Assembly: GCA_958009085.1 (NCBI GenBank)
Contig: OY253671.1
Span: 186,001 to 250,000 of the forward strand
DNA: 64,000 bases
Source: Protoeuglena noctilucae
Lineage: Eukaryota
Direction of reading: 5' to 3'
This document shows positions 1 through 16,375 of the stretch, piece by piece. Both the position numbers and the translations under genes were made by a program. Every line of letters starts with the position of its first letter. The stretch's first letter is position 1. The notes under the pieces are model-generated. The model made no database searches. It had not been told where the DNA came from and saw only the letters and a program-made list of their open reading frames with translations.

Positions 1-46
1 GTGCAGAAGCCGCCCTCTCCTTTCACCATGCAGGCTCCACCCAGAC

Positions 47-2168
47 ATGCTTCCCATGTCATGCCAGGCTGCCATGTCTGCCGCCGCTGGTCATGGCTCC
101 AAGGCTTTGGACGGGACGGTCCATGTGTCCCCAGTCCCCGCGACCTCCCCCTCGGGCGGGACCCTCACGGCGAAAGTCCCCGCGCTCTCTGGGCCCGACG
201 CACCGATCTGCACGCATGGGGCTGCTCTCGGGACGTGCGTGGTGGAACCAGCGGACGCATCTCGGTGCCCGTCGCCCCGGGCATCGACCCTGGCGCGCAC
301 CGCGTCGTTCGACAGGGCGTCGCACACCACCCGCGCGCTCGGAGGCACGGAGACGCGAGATCACTTGGGCCTGCACCCGCCCCACAGTCCCGGGTCGGGC
401 CCCAACGTCTCTCGGGTGTCGCGCGACGCTCGCCCTCGCGTGCCCGTCCGGGCGAGCTCGGGCCCCTCCGTGCTGGACTCTCCGTGTGTTTCTCCCGGAG
501 TCCACTTGCCGGACGACAGCCCTACGCAGGCCCCTCCCAGGCCCCCTGGTACGGTCCTCACGTGCCGCGCCACGGACGTGCTGTTGTTTCCCCATGCCAC
601 GACGGTTCCAGGTTCCGGGCCCCCTGCGTCTTTGGCCGGACCCCCGCGCACCCTGGCTCTCATTCCGGCCAGCCCCGTGGCTGGCGCGATGGCTGCGGTC
701 CCGATGCGCCAGCGCACATGGAAGGAGGCGCGGGAACGGGCGTTCAAACGCGCATGGCCCACGATGGAATCGTTCGAGTTTGTCAGGGACCTCGGCAGCG
801 GGTCTTTCGGAGAAGGTGAGCGGCAGCCGAGGCCCAGGGACTCGGCATATGAGTGTCCCACAGCACGTCCCAGCATAGCACGTGTCGCATGACATGCGCC
901 AGTGTTGTCACGCCACCCGCCGTTCCTCCGCCTTAGTGCTTCTCGTCTGGCACCCCCCCTCCCGGCGCCACTACGCCCTCAAGGTGGTCGACAAAGCAGC
1001 CGCCATCGCCGCCCGCGCCACCCGCGCGCTTCGTGACGAGCGTCGGGCCCTGCTGGCCGCCGACAGCCCCTTCGTGGTCGACCTCATCGCCACCTACCAG
1101 ACGCCCCGCAGCGTCTTCTTTCTCATGGAGGCGCTCGTGGGCGGAGAGGTGTTTGAGCACCCCACGCGAGTGCCGCCCTTTCGGTTCCCTGAGGAAGCCG
1201 CCCGCGCCGTCGCTGCGCCGGGTGAGGTCGCGTGCGCTGTCAGGGCAGGTGCAGCTGGGCGCTGCTGCTGCGCATGCTGAGTGTTGCTGCCAATGCCGGG
1301 TGCTGTGGATGGCAGGTGTTAGTGCAGATGCCGAGTGCTCGGATGCTGGATGCTCGAATGCTGAGCACGTCATCAGTCATGCGTCGTTGGCCTCGCTTGC
1401 AGTAGCCCTGGCCCTGCGGCACCTCCACTCGCGAGGCATCGTGTATCGGGACCTCAAGCCCGAGAACCTCGTGCTGGACGACCGGGGGCGGCCCAAGATC
1501 GTCGACATGGGCTACGCGGTGGTCGCGGGGTCCAAGCCCCTTCGCGGCGTGGCTGGGACGTTCGAGTACATGGCGCCAGAGATGATCGCGATGCGCGACC
1601 ACGGAGCGCCCGCCGACGTGTGGGCCTTCGGGGTCTTGCTGTATGAGCTGCTATCGGGAAAGACGCCCTTCGCGTCGGATGGCCCAGAGCACGACCCGGC
1701 GCGCGCGGTGATGACGGGACATGCGGTGAGGGAGCGAAGGCGCCTGCAGCGAGCGGTGTGCTAGGCAGCAGCTCCGGCCTTGCAAGGCGCATCGTGTACC
1801 TACTCGTTCTGCAGGAGTTCCCTTCGTACTTTAGCAAAGCGGCGCGCGACCTCATTGGCCTGCTGCTGCGGAGGGACCCGGCGATGCGGATCAGATGCAA
1901 GGCGCAGCCGCAGCTTTCCGTGGTCTGGGAGGACATTATGCGGCACCCGTGGTTCGACGGGGTCGCCTGGGACGAGCTGGCGAGCGGCCCCGTGCAGGAC
2001 GACGCCTGTGTGCCCACGGGAGCGGCAGGCGGGGACGAAGACCCGGCAGCGAGGGCGAGGCTCGCGGAGCGCCTGCGCGGCATCGAGAGCGCGGCAGCGG
2101 CGCGGGAGAACTCGAGCGACGAGATGCTCGACAGGGAATCCGACAAATGCCTGTTTGGGGACTTCTAG
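47..2168 (+). CDS. AGC-group (PKA/PKG-like) Ser/Thr protein kinase; 4 exons (~47-815, 937-1221, 1403-1725, 1815-2168)
   Basis: Spliced kinase motifs DLGSGSFGEV, YALK, YRDLKPEN, DMG, GTFEYMAPE, DVWAFG, HPWFDGVAW and C-terminal LFGDF. GT-AG introns restore the frame. Start codon uncertain (low-complexity N-terminus). Confidence 0.88.
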
Positions 2169-2359
2169 GCGATGGTGTGCGATGCGCAGGTTGAACCCCC
2201 GTCTGAAACACGGGCTGCATGTGATGGCATGTGTCCTGCTGGCCCTGGAGCCCACTCTCTGTCAAACCCGTCATCTGCGACGGCGTCAAGTGCATTTACT
2301 GTCGCACAGGGCGCTCACGGACGCATCACTGCGCACAAAAAGCGTGCTAGAGGTCCAGG

Positions 2360-5300
2360 ATGCACGCTGTGGGGTCCTTGTCGCTGCTATCTGCACATAA
2401 TGCGTCGTCGTGCTTGTGTCGGCGACGCGTGCGTCCGGTTCCCCGCCCTCCCTCTGTGAGGAGCGGTGGGAAACAAGTGTGCCGTGCATCGCGCCGCCCC
2501 ACGCGCGACTCGACAGTTCGAGTGTCGTCTGAAGGTGCGGGTGGGACTCGACGATGCCGTGGAGGAGGTCACGGGGGCGCGGGCGAGCGGTTTGCATTGG
2601 CGCGCATTGACTGCCTCGCTTCGGCCCTCAAATGCTCCTTCCGTGTCCTCGAATTCAGGGAAGGTGCTCGTATCGGACAAATCGACGGAAGAGAGGTCGC
2701 TAGAGGGGGCGGAGAGGGGGCATGAGGGCGCACGGAGGGAAACGGGGGTGCAGGCACAGGAACCTCCGCGCCCGACGCGCGTGTCGGCCGACGTCGTCCG
2801 CGGCATCATGCGCGGCTTCCAATCGATGGTGAGAGTCTGCGCGACGGGGGGCATGCAGCCCTCGCTTGTTCGCGGCGCGTATGTGGCGGGCGCGTCCACA
2901 CACGGCTCCACCCGTCCTCCACGAACTCGACAGGCCTCAGTCGCCGGCGCCGGGTCTCACAGTCGTTTATAGTTATCCTCGCAGCGCGATGAGATGGATT
3001 TCTGGGTCCCAGAGGCGATGGTTACCGAGGGGCGGGTGCCTGTGGACCTGTCGGGCACGGTCTTCCGCAACGGGCCCGGTCTCTTTGAGTATGGCGACAA
3101 TCGGATCAACCAGATGTTCGACGGCGACGGTATGATCACGCGGCTGGTCTTCCGCGGCGGCCGCGTGCACTTCAAGAACCGGTACGTGCGCACGAACGAC
3201 TTTGTCGCGGAGCAGTCCGCGGGGCGCTTCCTGCGCAAGAGCGTCTTCTCCACGGGGAATCCGAGCGGAGGAGTTTTATTCAACCCCTTCGACTTCCACT
3301 TCAAGAACCCAGCCAACACGGCGGCGGTGGTGTGGGCCGGCCAGCTCCTCGCCCTGAACGAGGCCGGCCTGCCCGCCGTGCTCGATCCCCGGACCCTGGA
3401 GACGCTTCGCTGCGACGTCCGCTCCCTCGACCCGACCGACCACGCGCGCGCGGACATCCGGACGGACTACTTCCACGCGCACCACCGGGTGAGCCGCGGA
3501 TGCATGCAAAGATGATGCAGTTGCCTCCAGCCCCAAGGCGCTCCACAGGCCCAAGCCCATCTTTCAGACGGGAGGGCGACGCGCTAGCCAAAATGGTATG
3601 CCCATGTGGATTGACAGAGCTCGTTCCTTGTCACCGCGCCCCCAGGTCCTCTGGTCAGACGCGGGTTCGAAGCGCCTGGTGGGACTGGGGTCAAGCATGG
3701 CGGGCATCAACGGCCTCGAGGTCGAGTTCTACGAGTTCGGTCCCTCGGGCCACCTCCTGCACCGCAACAAGGTGCGAGGTGGCCGGGTGTCGTGCACGGG
3801 CGTGCGGCTGTATGCTTAGGAGCTTATCTGCGCACGAGTTTGTCGCCCCCCACAGTCTCGCGTACAACCATGGAGCTCCGGGTGCCCCCCTGCCATGCAC
3901 CTGCCACTTCCGCCACATATGAGCCGCTTTCGTCGTACTTCGTGCGCAGGAGTTCCTCCCTGGCGCCAACCTCGGCTTCTTCCACGATTTCGTGGTCACG
4001 GAGAACTATTATGTGCTCGTCCAGAACCCCACGGAGCTCGACATGCGCGCCTTGCTGACCGAGTATGTGGTGGGCAAGCGGAGCATGGCCGAGTGCATCG
4101 CTTTCCGAAAGGACAAGAAGGCGCGGCTGCACGTCATCCCGCGGCCCGGGGCGCACCCGGCCTGCCGCAGGCAGACGTTGGACCTGGAAGTGAGCGGCGT
4201 GAGGGCGGGAACCGTCATTATGATCGACTCGCATCGCTGGCGCGCGCTTGGTGCACGGCAACTCGCGCCCAGCGGCGCCCTCCGCGCTCGCTCGACGTCA
4301 CGAACAAACCCTCCCACGCAGACCTTCTTCGTCTTCCATTTCTTGAATGCTTTTGAGGCCCCAGGGGGTCCCTCGTCCGCACCGTCGCGCCTCGTTGTGG
4401 ACCTCATCCCTTTGCCGGAGATCAAGTTCACGTCTCACGAGGACGCCATCAGCGAGGCCTTCTACGCGAACGCGAGGAATCGATCCGAGGTGCACCGGGT
4501 GGTGGCGGACCTGGGGACGGGCGTGGCGCGGTCGGCGAGGGTCACCGATGCAGCGTGCGAGATGCCCACGGGTGAGGGAGGGCGCGGGAGACACGGTATG
4601 TAGTAGATGCTTGAAATCGCATGGTGTCATGTCATGTCATTGGCAGAGTCTTGGGTCACGGCACATGCCACATGTTACGGCCTCACTGCCGGCAGCGCCG
4701 CCACGCTCTATGCGTCACTCCGCACCCCCCCACGCTCGCCCGCAGTGGCCGGCGCCCGGGCAGGTCGGCCCCACTCGGTGGGATTCGCGCAGGCGTCTCG
4801 CGTCCGGGGCTCTCCGCACTTTGGGCCGTCTCAGGGGGTGTCGCGGTTCGCCTTCCCTGAGCCTCTCCGGGCACCCCTGCAGCCGCGGGTGGCGGAGGAC
4901 TTCTGGGACGCCGGCGAGGATCGAATCGTGACGGAGCCGCTTTTCGTGCCGCGAGACGGTGCCCAGTGGGACACCGAGGACGATGGGTACCTGGGTGAGG
5001 GCCGCGTACACTTGGGCAGTCATGCAGTACAGCACGGTGTGCATCCCTATGTTTCGGGGGGAGCGTGCAAGAGCCACTGTCATCGTCGTGGCTGCCTGTG
5101 AGGGATTCGAATTGTTTTCTGAAGGCCCATGGGGCGCTTGATTTGAGGGTCACATGTTACATGTGGAAGGCGCGTCGTACCCATGCGTGGCCCACGTGAT
5201 CAGTCGTCCTCCGCACCCCTGCAGTGGCCTCCATGTACAACTGGCGCAAGGATCGCACGGAGGTGGCCATCCTCGACGCCCGCCGCCCATCCGCGGGACC

Positions 5301-5427
5301 CGTGGCCATCGTGGAGCTCCCCTTTGTGGTTCCCTACGGTCTGCATGGGTCGTGGGATGCTCAGGACTACGGCCCAGAGGGGCGCCCCGATGACGGTGGG
5401 GTGCGCGTGCTGAGCCACATTCAGTGA
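2360..5427 (+). CDS. Carotenoid cleavage dioxygenase / apocarotenoid oxygenase (RPE65 family), multi-exon
   Basis: GRVPVDLSGTVFRNGPG, FDGDG, NPANT, EPLFVPR, EDDGYL. Four Fe-ligand His motifs present: FHAHHR, FFHDF, FVFHFLNAFE, YGLHGSW. 5' end uncertain; ATG 2360 gives a transit-peptide-like first exon ending at the GT at 2456. Confidence 0.9.
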
Positions 5428-6278
5428 GGGGCAGCGAGCAGGGACGAGAGGTGGAGCGCTGACGGCGCTGTTTTTGTCAGGACCGTCGCTGCGACGGCTT
5501 GAGTGGTCAGAACGGACCCCACGCGCCCCGCGGCGGGGGCAGTGCACTGCGCAGGCGTACTTTTGATCCATATCACCCACTGTCGTCGCGAAAAAGGGGC
5601 GCGCACCTTTTATTCCGAACCTGGACCCGGACACGTTTGCTTTGGTTACCCAAGCGTTTGCAGCAGAGCCAGGCACCCTCACGCGTTGCACAGCGGGTGT
5701 TGCAACGTCGCAACATCGCTGCTAGTCCGCAAGCTGCCTAGCCGTTTCACCACCCTCCATGCACCCTCATCAAGCGCCGTTTCAAGAGTCTGCAAGTGCT
5801 CTAAGACTGCGAAGCTTGTCTTCCTGCACAGCTGCCTCATGTCACGGACCCACACGCAGCAGGCAGTGGGCTATATGTTTGAGCCAGGTCAAGCATGGGC
5901 AAGAGCGAGGGCATCAGGGGGCTAGTGGCCATGTTGTGGGCACTGGCAGCGCTGACTGCTACAGCGGTCAGTAACCACTCACAAAGGGTCGTTGCCAAAA
6001 ACCCGCACAGCACTGCCCCCATATCCCAGACCTCAGCCGCCGATGGAAAACGTCAGGTCTCACGGGCGACACAGGTGACGCCGAAACCGATGGCCCGCAC
6101 CACCCCCCATCGCCCGGGCCAGGACGGCCTGCCATAAATCACACGTCGTCGTGGCGCCTTGGCAGCCCCGCGGACCTCCACAAAGCGCTGTGTTGGCCAA
6201 AGGCAGCACCCGAGCCGGCCTATAGCTCCATGGAGTGACCTGCCCGGCCGAGGGCGTCCAGGTTCACTCGGCTAGTGA

Positions 6279-9673
<3,395 letters not shown>

Positions 9674-10624
9674 TTATCCACTTCACGGCACGCAGGCCCG
9701 GAGCCGACGGTGAGCCTGCAAACCGCCCCTCCCGCGGGCGCGTTGAGCAGAAAAGCTGCGCATCGAGGACTTCGCGCCGCGTGATGCCCGACCGGGCGGC
9801 CGAGGAGGGCCGGGGCCTCCCGCGCCGCAAGGTGCGTGGTTCCCCCGTGCGATGCGCGGGTCCCGCGGCTCTTCGCCGGCGATGCCTCACGCGCAGGACT
9901 GGGCTTAGATGCCACGTTAGGATCAGGCGGTGAGTGTCCCGGGGCGGGCCCAGATTCGGCGAGGCACCCGCCGGGGTGAACATCTCAAGAAAATCTGAGG
10001 CCTTCCGGGACGAGGCGCACCTTTAAATTTCCAATCTGATCAAAGAAGCGGGGAATGCGCCCAACCTGCCGCCTTCCAGCGCGGCCTTGGTCACGATTCG
10101 GCCGCAGCTGCTGTCGAGATGGATGGAAAATGCACAACGAGCAGAGGATCAAAGGAGTCACCGAGAACGCTCTGACAGGGAGTCGCTTATCCCGCTCAGG
10201 TGCTGACCACAAAGTGAATTTTATCTTGCTTTTCTGGCGGCCGTCGTCGTTCGCCCCTGGTCGCGCAAAGCATACAGAAAGCAGCTTTTCAAATGGCTTC
10301 GTTCGTCTCCCATGCCATCCCCGGATAGCGCCCCCTGGATGATCGCTTCATCAATTCAATTCCGGAACCCAGCTTTCGGAATTCCGCGCCCCCCGAGCTG
10401 CTTGGCGTTCCCCACGCCCCCCGCCTCCCCTGCGCCGCTGCGGGACGACAGCGCGGATCGGGTGACGACGCGATCCGGCGCGGCGGATTGGTATCCGCGG
10501 AGATTTCTTCGCATTGAAACGTCAGAGGGTTTTTACCCGGTCGCCCGGCCCTCAAAGCCCAGCCACCCCCCTCTGTGCCGGCAAGTATCTCAGAGCTCGT
10601 CTGTGAGAGAGGCTTTCAGACACG

Positions 10625-12430
10625 ATGGCGACCTCCTTCCTCGGCACCTCCATCCGCGCCCCCGTGGCCGCTGGCAAGGTGAGCTGCCGCGCTGCCCCCA
10701 CCCCCTCCCCCGCCCCCGCGCCCCCCTCCTGCGGCGCGATGCGCGCGTTTGTGGCAAGCGAGCGCGCTGCAAGGCCCCGAGCCCCTCCCCCCGCGCTCCC
10801 CGGGGCTCGGAATGGGCAGGCCTCTGGATTCTCGGCTGCCGGCCCACCCCGGGCCCCGCGCCCCCCACCCTCGCGCTTTCGAGAGCATTTCCGCGGCGGC
10901 GAGCGGGGCTTCCGCTTTCCGGAGCCCCTGGGGCGCGAGACTTGGCCATCCAGTGCCCCCCCGATTGCCTGGGATACGCCGGCCGTTATCGCCCCGGGGG
11001 CCACTCCCCGGGCAGCGGAGGCCCGCGCCCCGCTTTATCGGCATTGGAGACGCTGTCTTCGGGCGCTGAGCTCGCGGGGACCGCTCCCGCGCCCGCCCTC
11101 GGGTCGGGATCCCGGAAGGCAGGGTGCGCCCGCGGGCCCTCGACTCCGGCCCGGGCTGCGGACCGGCCCGCCAGCGGCTTTTTGACGAGCGTAGTTGTCG
11201 CGATCATGGGCGAGCGGGCCGATCGGACGGGTGTGGCGGCAGCGCACCCCGGGTCTGGGCTCCTGTGGTCCGGACCCCGCCCCCGCCTCACCCGACCTTT
11301 CCGGCCCCTCGGTTTCCTCTCCCCCCGTGCCGTGCGTGCCAGGACGCCGTTCTGACTGCGCAATCCCGTCCCCGTCGCTGCAGGGCACCCGCCAGGTGAC
11401 CCGCGCCGCCGTCGAGTTCTACGGCCCCAACCGCGCCAAGTGGCTCGGCCCCTTCTCCGAGGGCGATGTCCCCTCCTACCTGAAGGGTGAGATGCTCAGG
11501 AGGCGCACGCATCGCGTTTGAGGCTGGTGTTGCGGCACTTGGCAATTCCCGCGCCCCGCCCCCACCCCCAGGCGAGTTCCCCGGTGACTACGGCTGGGAC
11601 ACGGCCGGCCTGTCGGCTGACCCCCAGACGTTCGCCAAGTACCGCGAGATCGAGGTCATCCACGCCCGCTGGGCCATGCTCGGCGCCCTCGGCTGCGTCG
11701 TGCCCGAGCTGATAGCCAAGAACGGCGGGTCCTTCGGCGAGGCCGTGTGGTGGAAGGCCGGTGCCCAGATCTTCCAGGAGGGCGGCCTCAACTACCTCGG
11801 CAACGAGAACCTCGTGCACGCCCAGGTGAGCCCGCCACAGCCGCCGACGCAGGCACGCCAAGCCATGCTGCAAGTGTCATGGTCGGCCAGCCACACAGGC
11901 CAACAAGCCAGATGTTCACGCCGGTGATCTCTCCTCGCCTCGCAGTCCATCATCGCGACGGTGGCCGTCCAGGTCATCCTCATGGGCCAGGCTGAGGCGT
12001 TCCGCGCCGCTGGCGAGGCGCCCGGCCTTGAGGGCCTCGACTCCCTCTACCCCGGTGGCCCCTTCGACCCCCTGAACCTGGCTGACGACCCCGACACGTT
12101 CGCCGAGCTCAAGGTCAAGGAGATCAAGAACGGCCGCCTGGCCATGTTCTCCATGTTCGGCTTCTTCGTGCAGGCCATCGTGACGGGCAAGGGCCCCATC
12201 GAGAACCTGTCCGACCACCTCGCCAACCCCGGCGTCAACAACGGTGAGCGGCGCGCTGCGAGATCATGCCTGCATGCCCGGCGCAGGCGCGCTTACACCA
12301 TGCGGATGCGCCTGAGTGTTGCAGGCAGCCCATATGGCCAGCACTCGCGATGCAGAGGTCTGACCACGACCACCCTCTACCGCTCGCAGGCTTCGCCCTC
12401 GCGACGAAGTTCACGCCCGGTGGCTTCTGA
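10625..12430 (+). CDS. LHCBM: Major LHCII chlorophyll a/b-binding protein (LhcbM-a); exons 10625-10678, 11384-11486, 11572-11825, 11946-12243, 12390-12430
   Basis: [60 protein letters not shown]. All splice phases are consistent. Confidence 0.97.
10679..11383 (+). repeat. LhcbM-a first intron, homologous to LhcbM-b first intron (25390-26020, inverted)
   Basis: 10872-10951 vs the reverse complement of 25761-25840 gives 72/80 ungapped identity. Similarity is clear over ~330 nt from the donor site and patchy beyond. Confidence 0.92.
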
Positions 12431-12661
12431 AGACCCGGACGGTGGTCTAGGGTTGCATGCCTTTAGGCTCGCTTCGTGAAGATCCTCTCTCCACTCCCAT
12501 GATTGACGAGCCCAAAACCATACCGAACAAACCATACCGAACCCGCCCGCATCGCGGCGCTGTCACTGCCACGGTCAGTTTCTTCAAATGACGGCCAGGT
12601 GGCCTCAATAATCGCCCGAGGCGCGCAACGCAGCACAGCCCCTCGAGCAGGGGGGTGCGCT

Positions 12662-15178
12662 TCACGCGCGCGCTCCCGGCGAGCTCGCCGGGAAGCGCTC
12701 GGGGACGTGCTCCTCCTCTTCCTGCTCTTCGAGGGGTGGCGGGCGCTTCTCCTGTCGCACGGGCGGCGCGTCGTGCGCCTGCATGAAGTTGGCGAAGGAC
12801 TTGGACTTTTGGAAATGGTCCAGCCCCTGACGCAGGTCCACCCGGCGGATGCCTTTGACCGGGCCCTCGTCCTCCGCCTCCTCGCTGATGGTGCCCATGG
12901 CCGTGGCACCCACGCCCATCTTCTGCGCACCACAGGCACGAGCCTGACGTCGCGTGCTCTCACATCCTCTCAAGCGCCTCCTTGGAAATGACACCCTTGG
13001 ATCTCAGGAAAGGCGCACCCCACGCTTCTACAGACAGCTGGCCCCTCTCGCCCCTCTGCCAGAGCTGACAGGGCCGCCTCGAAGCCCGCCGCAGCGCCCC
13101 GTCAGACCACAACATCCTACACCAGCACAGCATCACTCGCCTTGGACTCCTCCAGGATCTGCTTGATCTTGACGTTGCGGTGCTTCATGGCGTTCAAGAA
13201 GGCCTGCGACCGGCGCCGCTCCAGCTCTTCCTCGAGGATGTGCTGCTCCTCGTCAATGCGGTCCAGAGCTTGCTGGAAGTGCTCCGGCAGGGGTTTGGTC
13301 ATCCACGGGTGCGTCTTGACCTGCGCAAGGGCGAGAAGAACGCCGATGTGTTGGTCCATGCACCTGTTGTCGGGCGCGTGATCGACGCCGGCACGGGGCT
13401 TGCTGGCGGGAGGGGCCACGGCGGTCATGGCGGCCACGGGGCAGTGGCATGCGATGCGCCAGGTGTGCACACTCGCCTGCTCGATGGTGTACCGCTCTCG
13501 CGCGTCCGTGACGAACATGTGGTCGAGCAAGTCCTTGCATTCGGGCGACAGCATCTCCACCAGACGCCGCAGACCCGGCTGGTTGACGCACTCGCGCCAG
13601 GACGTCGTGATCTGCTGCAGCAGCACCTCCCTGGGGCCAAAGGTGCAACAAGGAGAGGCAATGAGCGCAGGCAATCCCCAACAGTCCCTCTCCCACGCAT
13701 GGCGGCATGGCTACTTCACCCCTGCATCCCCGCACCCGGTGCACCCCACGCTCAGCCAAGCCCTCCCACAGTCACACCAAGCGCACCCCACACATCGACT
13801 CGCCTCTGCGCGGCGTTGCTGTCCGGGTCGGGGTTGTTGACGTGGTCATATGGGAAGGCCCCCATGAGCATGACGAAAAGGAGCACCCCGGACGACCACA
13901 CGTCCGCGGAAGTCCCCAGGTAGGCCTTCCCGGACATGCTGGTCGAGAGCACTTCGGGAGACATGTACACAGGCGTGCCGATGATGGTGTTGGTGTTGGC
14001 GTCCTCGGGCTTGCCCCAGGACTTGGCGAATCCGAAGTCGCAGATCTTGATGTAGGGCGGGTTCGAGACGTCGAGCAGGGTGTTGTCCAGCTTGAGGTCC
14101 CGGTGCATGACGTTGTGCTGCGAGGAGAGGCGATGCAGAGGCAATGCACATTTGGGCAGTGCGCGTCTGCTGGGCGGGTGACCCACAAAGCATCTCGGAG
14201 AAGACACTACGTGGACGGTGGCACGTATACAGGAGGGTGTCGGGTGACCGCACGACGGGCCCTTCCCAGCCACGCAACGTCCATGTCGCCACAAGCGAGC
14301 AATGGAGAGGGACAGGGCAAACATGGCCCCGCGCCATTCACCTTGTGGCAGTACTCGACTGCGGAGATAAACTGCTTGAAGAAGTAGCGCGCCTCGTCCT
14401 CAGAAATGTAAAGGCCCTTGGGCGTGCCCCCCGTGGTCTCGTTAGATGCAAATTTGGACGTGATGTAGGCGGTCAGGGAGCCCCCGGACACGTACTCCAT
14501 GGAGAGGGCCAGGTGCGTGGGCGTGAGGAGGACCTCGTAAAGGCTGACGATGTTCCGGTGCCCCTCACCCAGCTGCACGGCATGGGACGGTGCGGTCATG
14601 GGAGGCCATCGGCGCCACGCGTCCCGGCGCGGCCGGGAGGATCCTCGGACACAAAGAATGAAACTTTTTGCGCGCACACACCTGCGCCTGAATCTCGATC
14701 TCGCGCTGGATGAGCTTCACCAGCTGCGCCAGGATCGGGCGCGGAATGAACTTGACCGCGACCTCGTCCCCCGTCGCCTTCTCGCGCATCTGCGACGCCC
14801 AGACGCGAGAAGCGTTCATATATAACACGTACAGGCAGCGGCGGCAGGTAACGCGGCCCCGCGCGACGCACCAGCCACGTCTCGCCCGTGCCTCCCTTGC
14901 CCAGGAACTTGATGGGCTCGTAGAGCTCCTCCAGGCCGAACGTGGGCAGATCCGGCTTGCTCTTCTTCGGCTTCTGGTCTGCACGCCCCCCGCCGTAATG
15001 CGAGCCCGCCGCTGCCCCATCCTGCGAGCGCAGGGACGCCGACCTCTTGCGTCCCGCGGGAGGCCGCGGGGAGCGCCCGCCGTGCTCTGAGCCGCCACCC
15101 GCCCACCTCTTTCTGGTTCCCATACTTGTACTTGTTCCCCGCGGGCTCCTTCGACGGCTTGCTCTCGAAGCATCCCAT
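12662..15178 (-). CDS. SnRK2-like Ser/Thr kinase with N-terminal MGC acylation motif, ~10 exons
   Basis: MGCFESK start; LGKGGTG, VAVKFIPR, HRNIVSLYEVLLTPTHLALSMEY, HRDLKLDNTLLD, KICDFGFAK, GTPVYMSPE; acidic C-terminal tail. Confidence 0.9.
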
Positions 15179-16375
15179 GGGCGACCCTGCGACCAGGGCG
15201 CGCGCCTCGGCTCGTGGGCGCGGTGCGGCCAACCTGGGCCCACGCATGCGCCATCGACTGCAAACACTCGAGGATCGCCAAAGCAGGGCGCGCAGGTGCC
15301 GCGCGGAGACGCCACGGCAGGGCGGTCGTGACGTGCGCTCGCCTGCACGCCCTCCCTCGGCCAAGGCCGACGGTTCTCCCCGTGTGCTGCCCCCTCTCCT
15401 AGTCCCTGCCGTATCGAGACCCAGCAGCGGGGCTCCGGAGGCCCGGGGGTGGCGGGCAAACAAGCGTGAGAGCCGGGTTGTTAAAGTAGACCTGCGCCGT
15501 TCTACGTCCTTGTTTGATGCGCAGATGTCGCAAATATGCGGGCCTCGTCCCGCTGCGTCGTCAGGGGAGGGAGGGCGCTCGACGTTCACCGGCGCCAGTA
15601 CACGGGTGCCGCTCTTGCTGAAAGCCGGCCCCCAGCGTGCCCATTGCACCTCAGGAGCGAAGAAATGTTAAAAGAAAAGTCGTCGGCATCACCATGATTG
15701 GCCTGCAGCGGTGGTTCGCGCCCCAGAGCCCGGCCCGCCCGGCGTCTGTCCCAGCGCACGTTATAGCAGTCCGCATCTCTTTCCAGCTCGTCTCTATCGT
15801 CACCGCACAGGTGGCCGTCCGACCAGGGCGACGGATTCGCATCTTGGACGTGTAAGGTGCGTCCTCGCCCGTGCCGCAGCCGGGTCTGCGCCGCGGCGGC
15901 AGTATCTTTGCGCCGCCGGTTCGCCGTGAGGTACTTGTGCCTTGAACTCCACCGAGGTCGACATAGCTGCTGTGACGATGCGGTCTTCCTGTCGGGGGCG
16001 TGGCCCTCATGGGCGCCCCTGAGTGCCACGCGGCTCTTCGAATACGCGACAAATATGATGCTCCCGCAGGGCTTCAGCGACGACAAATAGCATGGAGGTT
16101 CCATGACAGCCGGCCGCGTCGCGCGAAAATCTCCCGGTGAGTTACGGACGGGCGGCGAGTGTCCAGGACAGTTTAACCAAGCATGGGCTTGTGCGCCCTT
16201 GCCAAGGCGAGCCCACGTGCCAAGGGCATCGTCTCAAGGACATCTTTCTGATGGTCCCCCCTCTTTCGGCCAATGCAGGCACGAGTTTGCAAGATATGTG
16301 GAGGAATCGATAGAAGCTAGTTAGATCCCTTTCACGCAGCAAGAGACCGAGCTAGAAGCGGACTGACGGATACAT

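Noticed and set aside
1255..1370. Degenerate (GATGCT/GTGCT)n repeats in kinase intron 2
   Set aside because: Irregular low-complexity intron sequence with no spacer structure; not CRISPR.
2400..2470. In-frame TGA (2457) upstream of the CCD ORF as selenocysteine or readthrough
   Set aside because: The TGA lies within a good GTGAG donor (2456) that is phase-compatible with ATG 2360; no SECIS evidence.
10872..10951. Known riboswitch, ribozyme or snoRNA in the conserved LhcbM intron
   Set aside because: I could not find a TPP, hammerhead, C/D or H/ACA consensus by eye; an Rfam scan is needed.
15180..16375. Short ORFs between the SnRK2-like gene and the upstream gene
   Set aside because: No codon bias or motifs; probably UTR, UTR intron and promoter.
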